From: an uncultured Phycisphaerales bacterium
GTDB lineage: Bacteria > Planctomycetota > Phycisphaerae > Tepidisphaerales > Tepidisphaeraceae
Direction: 5' to 3'
Length of the DNA: 64,000 bases
Assembly (NCBI GenBank): GCA_963844715.1
Contig: CAWJPJ010000007.1
Coordinates: forward strand, 256,001 to 320,000
Under the pieces are notes generated by a model. The model searched no databases. It had not been told where the DNA came from and was given only the letters and a program-made list of their open reading frames with translations. A program made the translations under genes and the position numbers. Below, in pieces: positions 44,426 through 53,805 of this stretch. Numbering within the stretch: the first letter of the stretch is position 1; every line of letters begins with the position of its first letter.

Positions 44426-45661
44426 TCAAGGCACCACGGAAACCGGCGATTGCACGGCCGCCGTTTGCGTCGTCGGCTGCATCGGCGTCTGCATCGGCTG
44501 ACTCGCCGGCTGGGTCGCCGGTTCCTGCGCCGCCGGGGGCGTGCGGAAATGATCGATCGGGCCGGTGTCGCCGTCGAAGAGGAGCAGAGTTCCGATCCAG
44601 ATCTGGGCGGCCACGGCCAGGATCAGAAGCAGCGAGGCCAAGCCGAGGAGTTCGCGCTGGCGCGGGGCCCAGAAACCGATAATGGCCAGAAGGATGCACA
44701 GGACGAGGATCGAAGTTCCCAAGATGATGTGGATGGCGATTCGGCGCTGGCCTGCTAGGGCGATGCCCATCAGAGAGTCACGAAGCTGCGGGAAGTCGAG
44801 GACTTTGGGCCAGACCGAAAATCCGCCGACGTAAAGCCCCAGCGCGAGGGTGATAATCCCCAGCAGCGAGGCGGCGACCCAAAATCGGGGCGATGGCGGC
44901 GTGGATGACTCGGGCGGCGCCAGTTCGTGCGGCGCGGGCACGGAAGACCAGGGATCGCTGGCTTTTTGTTCATAGGTGCTTTCCTGCGCCGCCATCAGCG
45001 GGCGTCTGGCTTTGTCCGTGCTGCGGCGGTACGAAACGCCCATGGCGCCGGCCGCCACCGCGAAAAGAAATCCGGCAAAGACCAAATGAATCTGCATCGG
45101 ATTAAGCGAGAACTCCAATTGATCGAGCAAGTTTTGCGATTGAGGCGGCGGCCCTTCGTTGGATGAAGAAAGTTTTCCATCGACCCCAAATCCCTGGCGG
45201 TAAACCATCTCGCCACCGTGCCATGCACCGACGACCAGCAAGCCCATGGACAAAAGGATCAGCGTGAATGCGGGGAGGTAAACAAACTTGCGCGCCCGGT
45301 CAGACGCGCCCAGATACCAGATGACGGCGATGGTAGCGATGGCGGCAGCCGTCCCGGTGAGGAGCACGTGCTGGCGGACAAGGCCCCAATCGCGCATCGT
45401 GAATCCGCTGGCGGACGCGAGATCGCTAAAATTGTCCGGGGAATTGCCGTGAGTCGCAACGTCGTACAGGGCATAGATTCCGCTCGTGACAACCGGGGCC
45501 ATCATGAGCGTCCCGATGAGGATCATCCATCGGCCGGCCTTGTGGAGCGAACCGCCGTGCCAGAGAAAATTCAGGATTTCGATCAGAACACCGGCGGTCA
45601 GGAGCGCCATCGGAAAGTGGACCAGGATGACGTGTAGATTGGGAATGATCTCGGGGATCAA
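44426..45661 (-). CDS. DUF2231-like polytopic membrane protein
   Basis: NLHVILVHFP, conserved His in TM segments, GAWHGGEMVY; additional TM block and a PATQP tail. Confidence 0.65.
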   Translation of the reverse strand: MIPEIIPNLHVILVHFPMALLTAGVLIEILNFLWHGGSLHKAGRWMILIGTLMMAPVVTSGIYALYDVATHGNSPDNFSDLASASGFTMRDWGLVRQHVLLTGTAAAIATIAVIWYLGASDRARKFVYLPAFTLILLSMGLLVVGAWHGGEMVYRQGFGVDGKLSSSNEGPPPQSQNLLDQLEFSLNPMQIHLVFAGFLFAVAAGAMGVSYRRSTDKARRPLMAAQESTYEQKASDPWSSVPAPHELAPPESSTPPSPRFWVAASLLGIITLALGLYVGGFSVWPKVLDFPQLRDSLMGIALAGQRRIAIHIILGTSILVLCILLAIIGFWAPRQRELLGLASLLLILAVAAQIWIGTLLLFDGDTGPIDHFRTPPAAQEPATQPASQPMQTPMQPTTQTAAVQSPVSVVP

Positions 45662-45694
45662 GGTAATTCCTCCATGTGAAACCCCCCTGCCGGA

Positions 45695-46861
45695 TTATTT
45701 GGCCGAGTGGGCCTGCAAATCCTTCTTCGCTTCTTCCAGAGCGATGACCGTATACGAGGTGACAAGAACCGGGCTGTCTTCCATCCAGCGGCGTTGCCCC
45801 ACAAAGCTCCCGTCGGGGGCCTGGAGCGTGGCGATCTTTTGGATGAGTTCGGCGCGCCAATCATGTTTGTGTCCCTGCGGATCGATGATGACCGGTTCGC
45901 CGTAGGCACTGAGGGCTCGGGCCATGGTGTAATAGTAGTAGAAGAGACCGCCTTTCGCATTCTCCGGCCCGCTGGCGGCCATGCCGGGATTTTCATCGAC
46001 CGTGAAATTTCGGCTGATCCAACTCCACGCGGCTTTGACGCGCGGATCGTCGTGCGACAAGCCGGCATAGACCATGCTCTTGAGTCCCGCGTAGGTCATC
46101 GAGCCATAGCTGCGGAGCATGCGCCGCCCGCCGAGAATGTAGTCGCCCGCGGGCGACAGGCCCCCAGATGCGGGCGTGTAGACGAAGCCGCCGTCGTTTC
46201 CCGCCCACGGCTGATCGTTCGTCTCCGAAAAATTCTGGCAGCGGGTGGCGAATTTGAGCGCGGCGGCGTAGGCGGGATCGTCAGTCTTCACGCCCGCGTC
46301 GCGCAAAGCCTCGATCGCAAATTGCGTGTTGCTCAAATCGGGCCGCGCCGCCTTCCCGTACCCGAATCCGCCGTAGCGCGGGTCCTTGTCATTTGCGACG
46401 CGCAGCGATTCGGGAACGCCCTGAATTTTGTCGGACCATTGCGTGGACCGAAGATACGCCAGCGCCTTGTGGATGGCCGCCTGATATTCCGCCTCCTGGC
46501 TGATGGCCAGCGTGCTGATGCAGATCGCCGTGTTGTAATCCGCCAGCGTGTGAACGTAGATCCCGCCGTCCGGCTGCTGAACCGAGAGCAAATGATCGAA
46601 TGATTTATCGAGGAAGGGAATGTCCGCGTCGTACTTGGAGTCCGAAAGGAACGCACGCTGCACAAGAGCGGTAATGCCGGGGAACTCGCCCTGCGAATCG
46701 TTTTGCCAACTGTTGTCCGGCTGTTGCTGGGTCTTCAAATAATCCAAGGCCTTGTCGGCCGTGGTTTGCGCCAGTTGCGAAGGATCGTTCGTCGCGGCTT
46801 CAGCAAAAGCGATCGATGAAACGGCGAGCACACAGGCGAAACAAAGAGCTTTGCGAAACAT
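45695..46861 (-). CDS. Secreted prenyltransferase/squalene-cyclase (QW-repeat) alpha/alpha-barrel protein
   Basis: AAGGAG RBS, signal peptide, L...QQPDNSW, QQPDGG, GGFGY, PDLSNT, DGGFVY, SYGSMTYAG. Confidence 0.8.
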   Translation of the reverse strand: MFRKALCFACVLAVSSIAFAEAATNDPSQLAQTTADKALDYLKTQQQPDNSWQNDSQGEFPGITALVQRAFLSDSKYDADIPFLDKSFDHLLSVQQPDGGIYVHTLADYNTAICISTLAISQEAEYQAAIHKALAYLRSTQWSDKIQGVPESLRVANDKDPRYGGFGYGKAARPDLSNTQFAIEALRDAGVKTDDPAYAAALKFATRCQNFSETNDQPWAGNDGGFVYTPASGGLSPAGDYILGGRRMLRSYGSMTYAGLKSMVYAGLSHDDPRVKAAWSWISRNFTVDENPGMAASGPENAKGGLFYYYYTMARALSAYGEPVIIDPQGHKHDWRAELIQKIATLQAPDGSFVGQRRWMEDSPVLVTSYTVIALEEAKKDLQAHSAK

Positions 46862-46964
46862 GGAGGGTCTCCTTACGTCAGTCGAACGGAAATTGTAGCT
46901 GGGAACGGCGATGAATGCCCAGCATCGAAAGGAGATTAATTGCGGCCAGCCGCCTCCCGGCCCC

Positions 46965-49370
46965 CTAATGGGCGTCCAAGTCACTCCAATAAGACCAGCT
47001 TCGAACATGCCGCGGACCCGGCACGGTTTCGAGCATGACGCCCAGGGTCGCGGGAGATTGCGGGAGCGAAACCTCGGCGGATTGCAGCCCCTGATCGAAG
47101 GGCACATTCGTCGGATCCAGGAAGCGCGAGAAGGCGAGCGTGGCGTGCACATGCCCGGGGTCGATCTCGTCTACCGTGTAAACGCGGAACGTCACCCCGT
47201 CGGTTTTTTCAGATTTTGCTTCCCCGTAGGAGCGTTCGAGCATGCCAAAGGAAAATCGGAACGTCCGGGCGCCGGCGGGGATGGGAAAGATCATCCGGCT
47301 CGGGGCGGCAGCGGTGAGGATGATCTTGCCGTCTTCACTCAGATAAAGATCGGGCGGCCTTTCGGCGTTGACAACCCGCATGCGGCCAAACCAATCGCGC
47401 AGGTTGAAATATTGGGACATCCCCGGAACGCTCGAGACATTCAAATGCGGGAACGCCAGGCGCGAAAAAGTCAGATCGTATTCATCCCAGCAGTAATAGG
47501 ATTTTGCATTGTCAGAAAACGAGACCATGATCTGAATCACTTCAGATCGCGAGAGGACTTTTTTCCATCGAGTGGAATAGACCGTCGCGAAGGAGAGCTG
47601 ATCCCAGATTCGCGGCGAAAGCAAAAACCCGCCGGCCGCGACGTCGGTGAGCAGGCGATACGACTCGACGTCGCCCGAGCGGGTTTTGATCGTGAGAAGC
47701 AGCGTCGGGGGTTTGTACAGGGCGCGAACGATCCGGCCGGCGGGAGTTAAATGGATCTCGAGATTCGCCCAAATCGGATCCGTCGCGTCCGGGACCGCGA
47801 TCCACTCTCCGAGTCGCGCCGTTAGGTGCTGGATGGGAAGAATCGAATAGTCACGCGCGGGCTCTGATTTCTTCAAATAGAGCCTCGACCCCGTCGCGTC
47901 GGCAGGCGCATATCGCGTGAATAATTCCGGCCAGGAGAGAGACTCTTCCTGAGACGGATAGTGATTATCCAGAGGCTGGGGCTGAAAGAAAATGTTTTGC
48001 GGCGCTTTTGCGGAGCGCAAAAAATCGGCGTTCAATCGGCTGAGGGCCGTGGTGTAGGTGAGATAGCTGTGAAAAACCGGACGGGGATCGTAGTCGAGCC
48101 CGTTGATGATCACCGATCTCTGCCCCCAGGAATAAACATCCACGGTTCCATCGACGTGCGGAACCGGATTGGCCAGCGGGTCTTTCAAATCGTCGCGTTG
48201 ATACTCCGTCAGAGGCGACCCGCAAATCCATTCGATGGCCACCTCGAACCGCTGCGGCGTGTCGAGAAATGTGTTTTCAAAAAACTCGACAACGCGCGGA
48301 TTCCAGCCGGGGAAGGCGGAATTGACCGCCAGGCAAAACACCGCGCCGCCGAATAATACCAGCCCCACGCGAGTGAGCCGATGTCGCGCTTCCTTCCACA
48401 GGGGAGCGGCATAGACGATCGTCAGCAAGGCGAACGAAGACGTGGCGAGGATTTCGTGGAGATCGTGGCGCACGTATCCGGCCTTGAAGATCGTCCAGAG
48501 AACTCCCGCCAAACCGAAGGCGTGGAGATACCGGCGCAATCGGGTGCTTTGCCCGGGCCGGAGCATCGCCGTTCCGAACAGAAGCGCCCCGCACGCGACC
48601 ACAAAGATCGCGACGTCCCTGGCATCGGACGGACGTGAAACATACTCCCCCTCGGCGTACCCTGACGCGATGAGCCATGAACGATGAATGTAGGGCCACA
48701 AGTTGTTCCAATGCTGAAACGCACCGAACCAGAAGGCGAGATATGCCGCGATAAAAATCAGCAGAAGCGACGGAAGACGGCGGCGGAATAATTGGTCGAC
48801 GCTTACGACCCACAGGACTGGCGCGGCGACAAAGAAAACCGAGAACTTAATCTCGCACGCCAGCGCCATCGCCGCGGCCAGAAGAAGTTTTCTCCATTCC
48901 CATGTCGAGTCGTCGACGCAGAAATACAGGACGAGCGGCAGCCAGCAGATGGCGAAGAGGCGCACGTCCTGCATCTGCGTGTACGCTCCGCCGGCAAACC
49001 AGATGACCAGGAACAACCACGCGAAGGCGGGCCAGGGTTTGCGGATCGCGTAATCGGCGATTCGTGACACAGCCGCGAAAAAGGCGACCCCAAAAAGCGT
49101 CCAGACAACCACGACCCATGGAAAAATTCCCGGGAAGTGCCCGACGATCGCGAACGACCAGGGCCCGAACGTGAAGACGAGGTCGGTGCCGAATTGGGCG
49201 TGTTGAAAGTGGGCCCATTCCATGACCAGCGTCCAGGACGAATCCAGCTCGTCCGGGGCAAGCGAGAGTGTCCACGGGACGAAAACGCTGAGGGTGAACA
49301 GGAAGAGAAGGACACGCACCAGACCCCAAAGCATTCTGGGAAGGAACTGGAGTGGTGGGTCTTGAGACAT
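46965..49370 (-). CDS. Large polytopic membrane protein, putative GT-C-type glycosyltransferase
   Basis: LDSSW and FTFGPW in the first loop, about 11 TMs, KAGYVRHD, large extracytoplasmic C-terminus. Confidence 0.55.
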   Translation of the reverse strand: MSQDPPLQFLPRMLWGLVRVLLFLFTLSVFVPWTLSLAPDELDSSWTLVMEWAHFQHAQFGTDLVFTFGPWSFAIVGHFPGIFPWVVVVWTLFGVAFFAAVSRIADYAIRKPWPAFAWLFLVIWFAGGAYTQMQDVRLFAICWLPLVLYFCVDDSTWEWRKLLLAAAMALACEIKFSVFFVAAPVLWVVSVDQLFRRRLPSLLLIFIAAYLAFWFGAFQHWNNLWPYIHRSWLIASGYAEGEYVSRPSDARDVAIFVVACGALLFGTAMLRPGQSTRLRRYLHAFGLAGVLWTIFKAGYVRHDLHEILATSSFALLTIVYAAPLWKEARHRLTRVGLVLFGGAVFCLAVNSAFPGWNPRVVEFFENTFLDTPQRFEVAIEWICGSPLTEYQRDDLKDPLANPVPHVDGTVDVYSWGQRSVIINGLDYDPRPVFHSYLTYTTALSRLNADFLRSAKAPQNIFFQPQPLDNHYPSQEESLSWPELFTRYAPADATGSRLYLKKSEPARDYSILPIQHLTARLGEWIAVPDATDPIWANLEIHLTPAGRIVRALYKPPTLLLTIKTRSGDVESYRLLTDVAAGGFLLSPRIWDQLSFATVYSTRWKKVLSRSEVIQIMVSFSDNAKSYYCWDEYDLTFSRLAFPHLNVSSVPGMSQYFNLRDWFGRMRVVNAERPPDLYLSEDGKIILTAAAPSRMIFPIPAGARTFRFSFGMLERSYGEAKSEKTDGVTFRVYTVDEIDPGHVHATLAFSRFLDPTNVPFDQGLQSAEVSLPQSPATLGVMLETVPGPRHVRSWSYWSDLDAH

Positions 49371-49421
49371 GCTTGACTGTCGGCGCATTGCCGATAGAAA
49401 GGGGGAGCCCGAATGACCATT

Positions 49422-49493
49422 TCGGCAGTAGCTCAATGGTAGAGCAGTCGGCTGTTAACCGACTGGTTGTAGGTTCGAGTCCTACCTGCCGAG
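49422..49493 (+). tRNA. tRNA-Asn (GTT), CCA not encoded
   Basis: Acceptor stem TCGGCAG/CTGCCGA, D-arm GCTC/GAGC, anticodon stem GTCGG-CTGTTAA-CCGAC, T-arm GTAGG-TTCGAGT-CCTAC. Confidence 0.97.
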
Positions 49494-49692
49494 TTCATCC
49501 GCGTCAAATCGCGCCGTTTCATCGCGCCATCCCTTCGATCCGCGAATCGCCCTCTCTTAACTAATTTGTTTCTCGATATTTACAAGCGACAAGAATCAAG
49601 CCACCTGCGGCGCCCGATTGCTTTATTGGAATCCGCAAGCGGGAGCGGCTTGTTGGTCGATATAGCAGTAACTATCGACCCGAGGTTTCTTT

Positions 49693-50538
49693 ATGGTCAT
49701 GCCCGCGGACCTGCCGCAGTGTTGTTCGCCCGATGCGTTCAAGTTACTGACGCGCCAGGCTAAAACGCTCGATTCCCCCGACGCACTGGTCGGCGGAGCC
49801 GTCGCCATCGCCCTCCATCAGTTGGATGGGGTAGACGTCGCGGCTCAGGACGCGCTGCTTCAGAAATATGTCGATACGGTTCGCCAGCGCATGCGCGGGC
49901 ACCAGCCGCAGGCAATTCTTGCCCATCTTCACGATGTGCTCTTCGAGGAAGAGGGATTCGCGGGAAATACGGAAGATTATTACAACCCGAGCAACAGTTA
50001 CTTGCCCGCCGTTCTGGCCGGAAAGCGTGGTCTACCCATTACGCTCAGCCTGGTCTACAAGATCGTGGCCGAACGGCTGGGCCTTCGGGCATGGGGCGTT
50101 GGATTGCCGGGGCATTTCCTGGTTGCGGTCGAAGAGCGCCCGGAGCGGATTCTGCTCGTGGACGCATTCGCCAAGGGGCGGATTTTGACCGTTTCCGAGG
50201 CGCATCAGCGCATCCAGGAACTGTTTGGCCCGGAGATGGAGTGGTCGGAGGATATGCTCCGCCCCGCGTCGAACCGGCATTGGCTCACACGCATTCTCCA
50301 AAACCTGCTGCATATCTTCGGCACGAACAATCGCTATTCAGATGTGGCAGCGGTGCTGGAGATGGAAATGATTCTCTGGCCGAATCAGGACCATTTGCAG
50401 CGCGATCTGGCGCTGGTCTTCGCGCGCATCGGCCTATCGCGACCGGCGAGCCTCTGGCTGGATTCCTACCTTCGCAAAAACCCCGACGATCCTCAAAAGA
50501 CCGATCTCAAGCAATTATTGGACGTGCTGTCCAACTAG
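49693..50538 (+). CDS. SirB1-like transglutaminase-core/TPR protein
   Basis: GF.GN..DYYNP.NSYL..VL..KRGLPITL, GVGLPGHFLV, RDLAL. Confidence 0.85.
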   Translation: MVMPADLPQCCSPDAFKLLTRQAKTLDSPDALVGGAVAIALHQLDGVDVAAQDALLQKYVDTVRQRMRGHQPQAILAHLHDVLFEEEGFAGNTEDYYNPSNSYLPAVLAGKRGLPITLSLVYKIVAERLGLRAWGVGLPGHFLVAVEERPERILLVDAFAKGRILTVSEAHQRIQELFGPEMEWSEDMLRPASNRHWLTRILQNLLHIFGTNNRYSDVAAVLEMEMILWPNQDHLQRDLALVFARIGLSRPASLWLDSYLRKNPDDPQKTDLKQLLDVLSN

Positions 50539-50593
50539 CGAGCCGCAGGGGAACTCAGCACCGGCGCTTCGGGAAGATGGACTTTCACATCGA

Positions 50594-51451
50594 CTAATTC
50601 GATCGCACCGGCGGCAACTGAGGCGTAAATCGCGTACGCCAGCACCTTTCGCCACATCGGCCACGATTTTTCACCGTTGAACATTCGCATCGCTCGGTTG
50701 AGTTGTCGACGGATCTTCCAAAAGCGGCGCGAGGATCACGGCGGCGAATCGGCGCGACAAGGGCCCGAGGTGGCCGCCGTTGTCTCCATACTTCTCCCAC
50801 GCCGCCTGGTACGGGCAGGAGATTAATTTTTGATATTGGGTTGCGTCGGCGCCAGGTGGCGTAACGAAGCCACCGAATCCAGCGGACTCGGTGAGGATGC
50901 CGTCCATTGTACCGAAGAGGCGCGTCCCGGTGGACAGGACCAGTTCATCGCGCGTGCTGCTGAAGACGAAGAGATTGCCGCGCACGTGGCGCAGGCGCTT
51001 TGGAGAGGTCGTATCCAGGCGAGACCGCGGGAGCTAGGAGCACGACCGTATTCACGCTCACGTCCGCGGGAAGCTGTTCGAGCGTCCAGATCGCCACGCC
51101 GCAGCCCCCGCTGTGGGCGGTCAGATCGATGGGGATGCCCGGGAATTGCCGGGAATGATCGGCGATGAGCCCGGCGACATTCGCGGCTTCCCGGCGGTTT
51201 CGGACTTGTGCGTGCAATGAATCGATGCCGGGATCGCCCGCGGTCCAGTCATAGACTTCGAACTGCGCGGACACGCCGCCTTGAATGAGGCCGGCGATCA
51301 TTCGGTTATCGAAGCGCCGATACCCGTCAATCCCCGGAAAATGCAGGAGCCAAAGGCCCGGCTGCGAAGGTTGCGTGGCGGGCCCGGCGCAAGCGGGTAC
51401 GCCCCCCGCCGCCAAAATAAAAAGAATGATCGCCAGTGACACGGCGCGCAT
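50594..51451 (-). CDS. Secreted alpha/beta hydrolase-fold protein; frameshift near 50995
   Basis: Signal peptide, PG..G, AHSGG, LLAPA.SP.YDL, GT..FGTMDG, GGH; the exact 3' end is uncertain. Confidence 0.65.
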
Positions 51452-51459
51452 GATCGATT

Positions 51460-52464
51460 CTAGCGCTTCATGTTGGAGCTGTGACCCGGGAAAACGTGGG
51501 CGGAGGGATCGAGATAATGCTTCGCGTAATTGACCGCCACGCAGGCTTCTCCGAATCCCGTCGCGATGAGCTTTAGTTTTCCCGGGAATGCCGCAATATC
51601 ACCCGCCGCGAAAATTCCCGGCCGGCTCGTCTGCATCGTGTGATCGACGCGGATGGAACCCCCTTCGATCTGAAGCCCCCAATCCTTTATCGGACCCAGG
51701 GAATTGTGAAATCCGACGTTGACCAGCACGGCATCGACGTCGAGCATTTGCTCGTCTTTTGTGACATTGTGGTAAACGATGGCTTTCTCGACGCGCCCCG
51801 CCCCCTCGATGCGCTTGAGTTCAAAGGGCGTGAGAATCTTCGTCGGCCCGCGGCGCATCACCGCGACGGCTTCCTCGTGCGCCCGGAACTGATCCCGGCG
51901 GTGAATAAGGGTGATGCTCCCGGCGACCGGAGAAAGCGTGTTTGCCCAATCCACGGCGCTATCCCCCCCGCCGACGATGAGAACGCGCTTGCCGCGCATG
52001 ATTTGCAATTCGCGCACGAAGTAGTGGATGCCGCGTCCGGCATATTCCGGAGCTTCCGGCAAAGGCAGAGTCTTCGGCTCGAAGGCGCCGATCCCGGCCG
52101 CGATGATGATCGCCCGGCTTTTGTGAACGCCCGTCTGGGTATGGAGCGAGAAAATCTTGTCCTCGCCCTCTTCGAGTTTTTCGACGCGCTGCCCCAGGCA
52201 GACCTCGGGGTGATATTGCATCGCCTGGTCGATGAGATTTTTCGCCAGGTCCTTGGCGTAAACTTTTGAGAACCCCGCGACGTCGTAAATGAACTTTTCC
52301 GGGTAGAGGGCCATCAACTGGCCGCCGAGGAGTTCCAGCGAATCCATGATCGCCACAGACATTCCGCGGAGCCCGGCATAGAACGCGGCGAAGAGCCCCG
52401 TGGGGCCCCCGCCGATGATCGTGACATCCGCGACGCTGCTGCTTCGGGTTCCTGCCGGGTCCAT
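51460..52464 (-). CDS. Thioredoxin-reductase-type ferredoxin--NADP+ reductase (YumC-like)
   Basis: GGGPTG, LYPEK.IYDV.G, GGGDSAVDW, HRR..FRAHE, no CxxC, C-terminal FPGHSS. Confidence 0.88.
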   Translation of the reverse strand: MDPAGTRSSSVADVTIIGGGPTGLFAAFYAGLRGMSVAIMDSLELLGGQLMALYPEKFIYDVAGFSKVYAKDLAKNLIDQAMQYHPEVCLGQRVEKLEEGEDKIFSLHTQTGVHKSRAIIIAAGIGAFEPKTLPLPEAPEYAGRGIHYFVRELQIMRGKRVLIVGGGDSAVDWANTLSPVAGSITLIHRRDQFRAHEEAVAVMRRGPTKILTPFELKRIEGAGRVEKAIVYHNVTKDEQMLDVDAVLVNVGFHNSLGPIKDWGLQIEGGSIRVDHTMQTSRPGIFAAGDIAAFPGKLKLIATGFGEACVAVNYAKHYLDPSAHVFPGHSSNMKR

Positions 52465-52544
52465 TTAGATTGGGCATTGTAGGGAACGCCACCAAAGGTC
52501 CAACTCGCGCGCAAAATCACTATGGCGGAGTTTAATAAATATTA

Positions 52545-52585
52545 AATCTCAGATCCCGGATTTCAGATCTCAAATCTCAAATCCT
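52545..52585. repeat. Degenerate 7-mer tandem repeat
   Basis: AATCTCA/GATCCCG/GATTTCA/GATCTCA/AATCTCA/AATCC. Confidence 0.55.
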
Positions 52586-52595
52586 TGCATTACTC

Positions 52596-53546
52596 TCATT
52601 CAGCTTTGACCCCAAGCTTAGCCAAAAGCTCGTCGAACTGATCGAGGTTCGCATAGTGGACGACCATTCGTCCCCGCCCTTTGCCCGACGACCGAACCTG
52701 AACTCGCATACCCAGTTGCCGAGAGATGGACTTCTCCAGATCAGCCAGATGAGCCGCCGACCCCGGCGGACGGCGGGGGCTCGTGGGCTCCGCCTCCGCT
52801 TGACGGAGACGTTCCAGATTTCTGACCGACAGGCTTTGGGAGACGATCGTTTCGGCCAACCTTACCTGCTGGAGAAGGTCTTGCACGCCAGCGAGAAGCT
52901 TAGCATGGCCAAGGGTCACACGCCCGTCGCGCACCATTTCCCGGACCTGCTCAGCCAGATCCAAGAGGCGGAGAAAGTTTGCAATGCTGCTGCGCTCTTC
53001 GCCCAGACGCCCGGCCAATTCGGCTTGTGTGAGTCCAAGCTGCTCGACCAGCGCTCGGTATCCTTCGGCACGATCAATCGGATTCAAGTCCTCCCGCTGG
53101 ATATTCTCGATCAAAGCCAGCTGAGCCTGGGTCGGCGCGTCGACATCCCGCACGATAACCGGAACCGTCGCAAGCCCGGCGAGCTTGGCGGCCCGCCAGC
53201 GGCGCTCGCCCGCGATAAGCTCGAACCCCTCCCCTTGCCTGCGGACGACCAGAGGCTGGATGATCCCCGCAGCTTTGAGACTGGCGGCAAGCTCGGCGAT
53301 GGTCGAGTCAGAAATGGTCTTCCTAGGCTGCCGGGGATTCGGGCGAATCTCGTCAATTGCGACCTGCAACGGCTCGCCGGCCCCCCCGCCACCGGCGCGA
53401 TCAAATTCGCCGCCCGCGCGCTGATCCGCGACGCGGGCTTGCCCAGTTGACGCCGAGATTTCCGCCTCGACAGGAAGCTCCGAGACCGAGATCAAGCTAC
53501 TAAGCCCGCGACCGAGACGCGGTTTGGATTTATGGGGTTGGGCCAT
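52596..53546 (-). CDS. parB: Chromosome partitioning protein ParB/Spo0J
   Basis: LGRGLSSL N-terminal peptide, NPRQPR, GERRWRAA, ENIQREDL, HTH; AAGGAG RBS. Confidence 0.93.
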   Translation of the reverse strand: MAQPHKSKPRLGRGLSSLISVSELPVEAEISASTGQARVADQRAGGEFDRAGGGGAGEPLQVAIDEIRPNPRQPRKTISDSTIAELAASLKAAGIIQPLVVRRQGEGFELIAGERRWRAAKLAGLATVPVIVRDVDAPTQAQLALIENIQREDLNPIDRAEGYRALVEQLGLTQAELAGRLGEERSSIANFLRLLDLAEQVREMVRDGRVTLGHAKLLAGVQDLLQQVRLAETIVSQSLSVRNLERLRQAEAEPTSPRRPPGSAAHLADLEKSISRQLGMRVQVRSSGKGRGRMVVHYANLDQFDELLAKLGVKAE

Positions 53547-53580
53547 TTCAAGGACTCCTTTCCTTGGAGTGAGAAGGGGA

Positions 53581-53596
53581 TGTTCCACGTGGAACT
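53581..53596. promoter_or_regulatory. parS centromere-like site
   Basis: TGTTCCACGTGGAACT, a 15/16 match to the palindrome TGTTCCACGTGGAACA, 35 bp upstream of parB. Confidence 0.85.
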
Positions 53597-53805
53597 TTCG
53601 CCACGATCGGAACCAATAGATATCACTGCCGATTCGCAATTGCAAATTCGGCGCGGAAGGGATTGCCAATGCTGACCCGGATCTGGATCATTCCAAAGAA
53701 GCCACACTCAATTGTGTCTGTTTTATATTCACTAAATATTGCGTGCTCAATGCGTTATCGCCCGGTATGGAAGGATTTTGCGCCGCCGCTATAATCCGGC
53801 CCGCT

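Noticed and set aside
45695..46861. Squalene-hopene cyclase
   Set aside because: Only one barrel (~390 aa), carries a signal peptide, and lacks the DxDDTA motif.
49422..49692. tRNA-Asn as an integration site of a genomic island
   Set aside because: No integrase and no duplicated tRNA 3' end were seen in the window.
53600..53800. Replication origin next to parS
   Set aside because: No convincing DnaA boxes (TTATCCACA) were seen and dnaA is not nearby.
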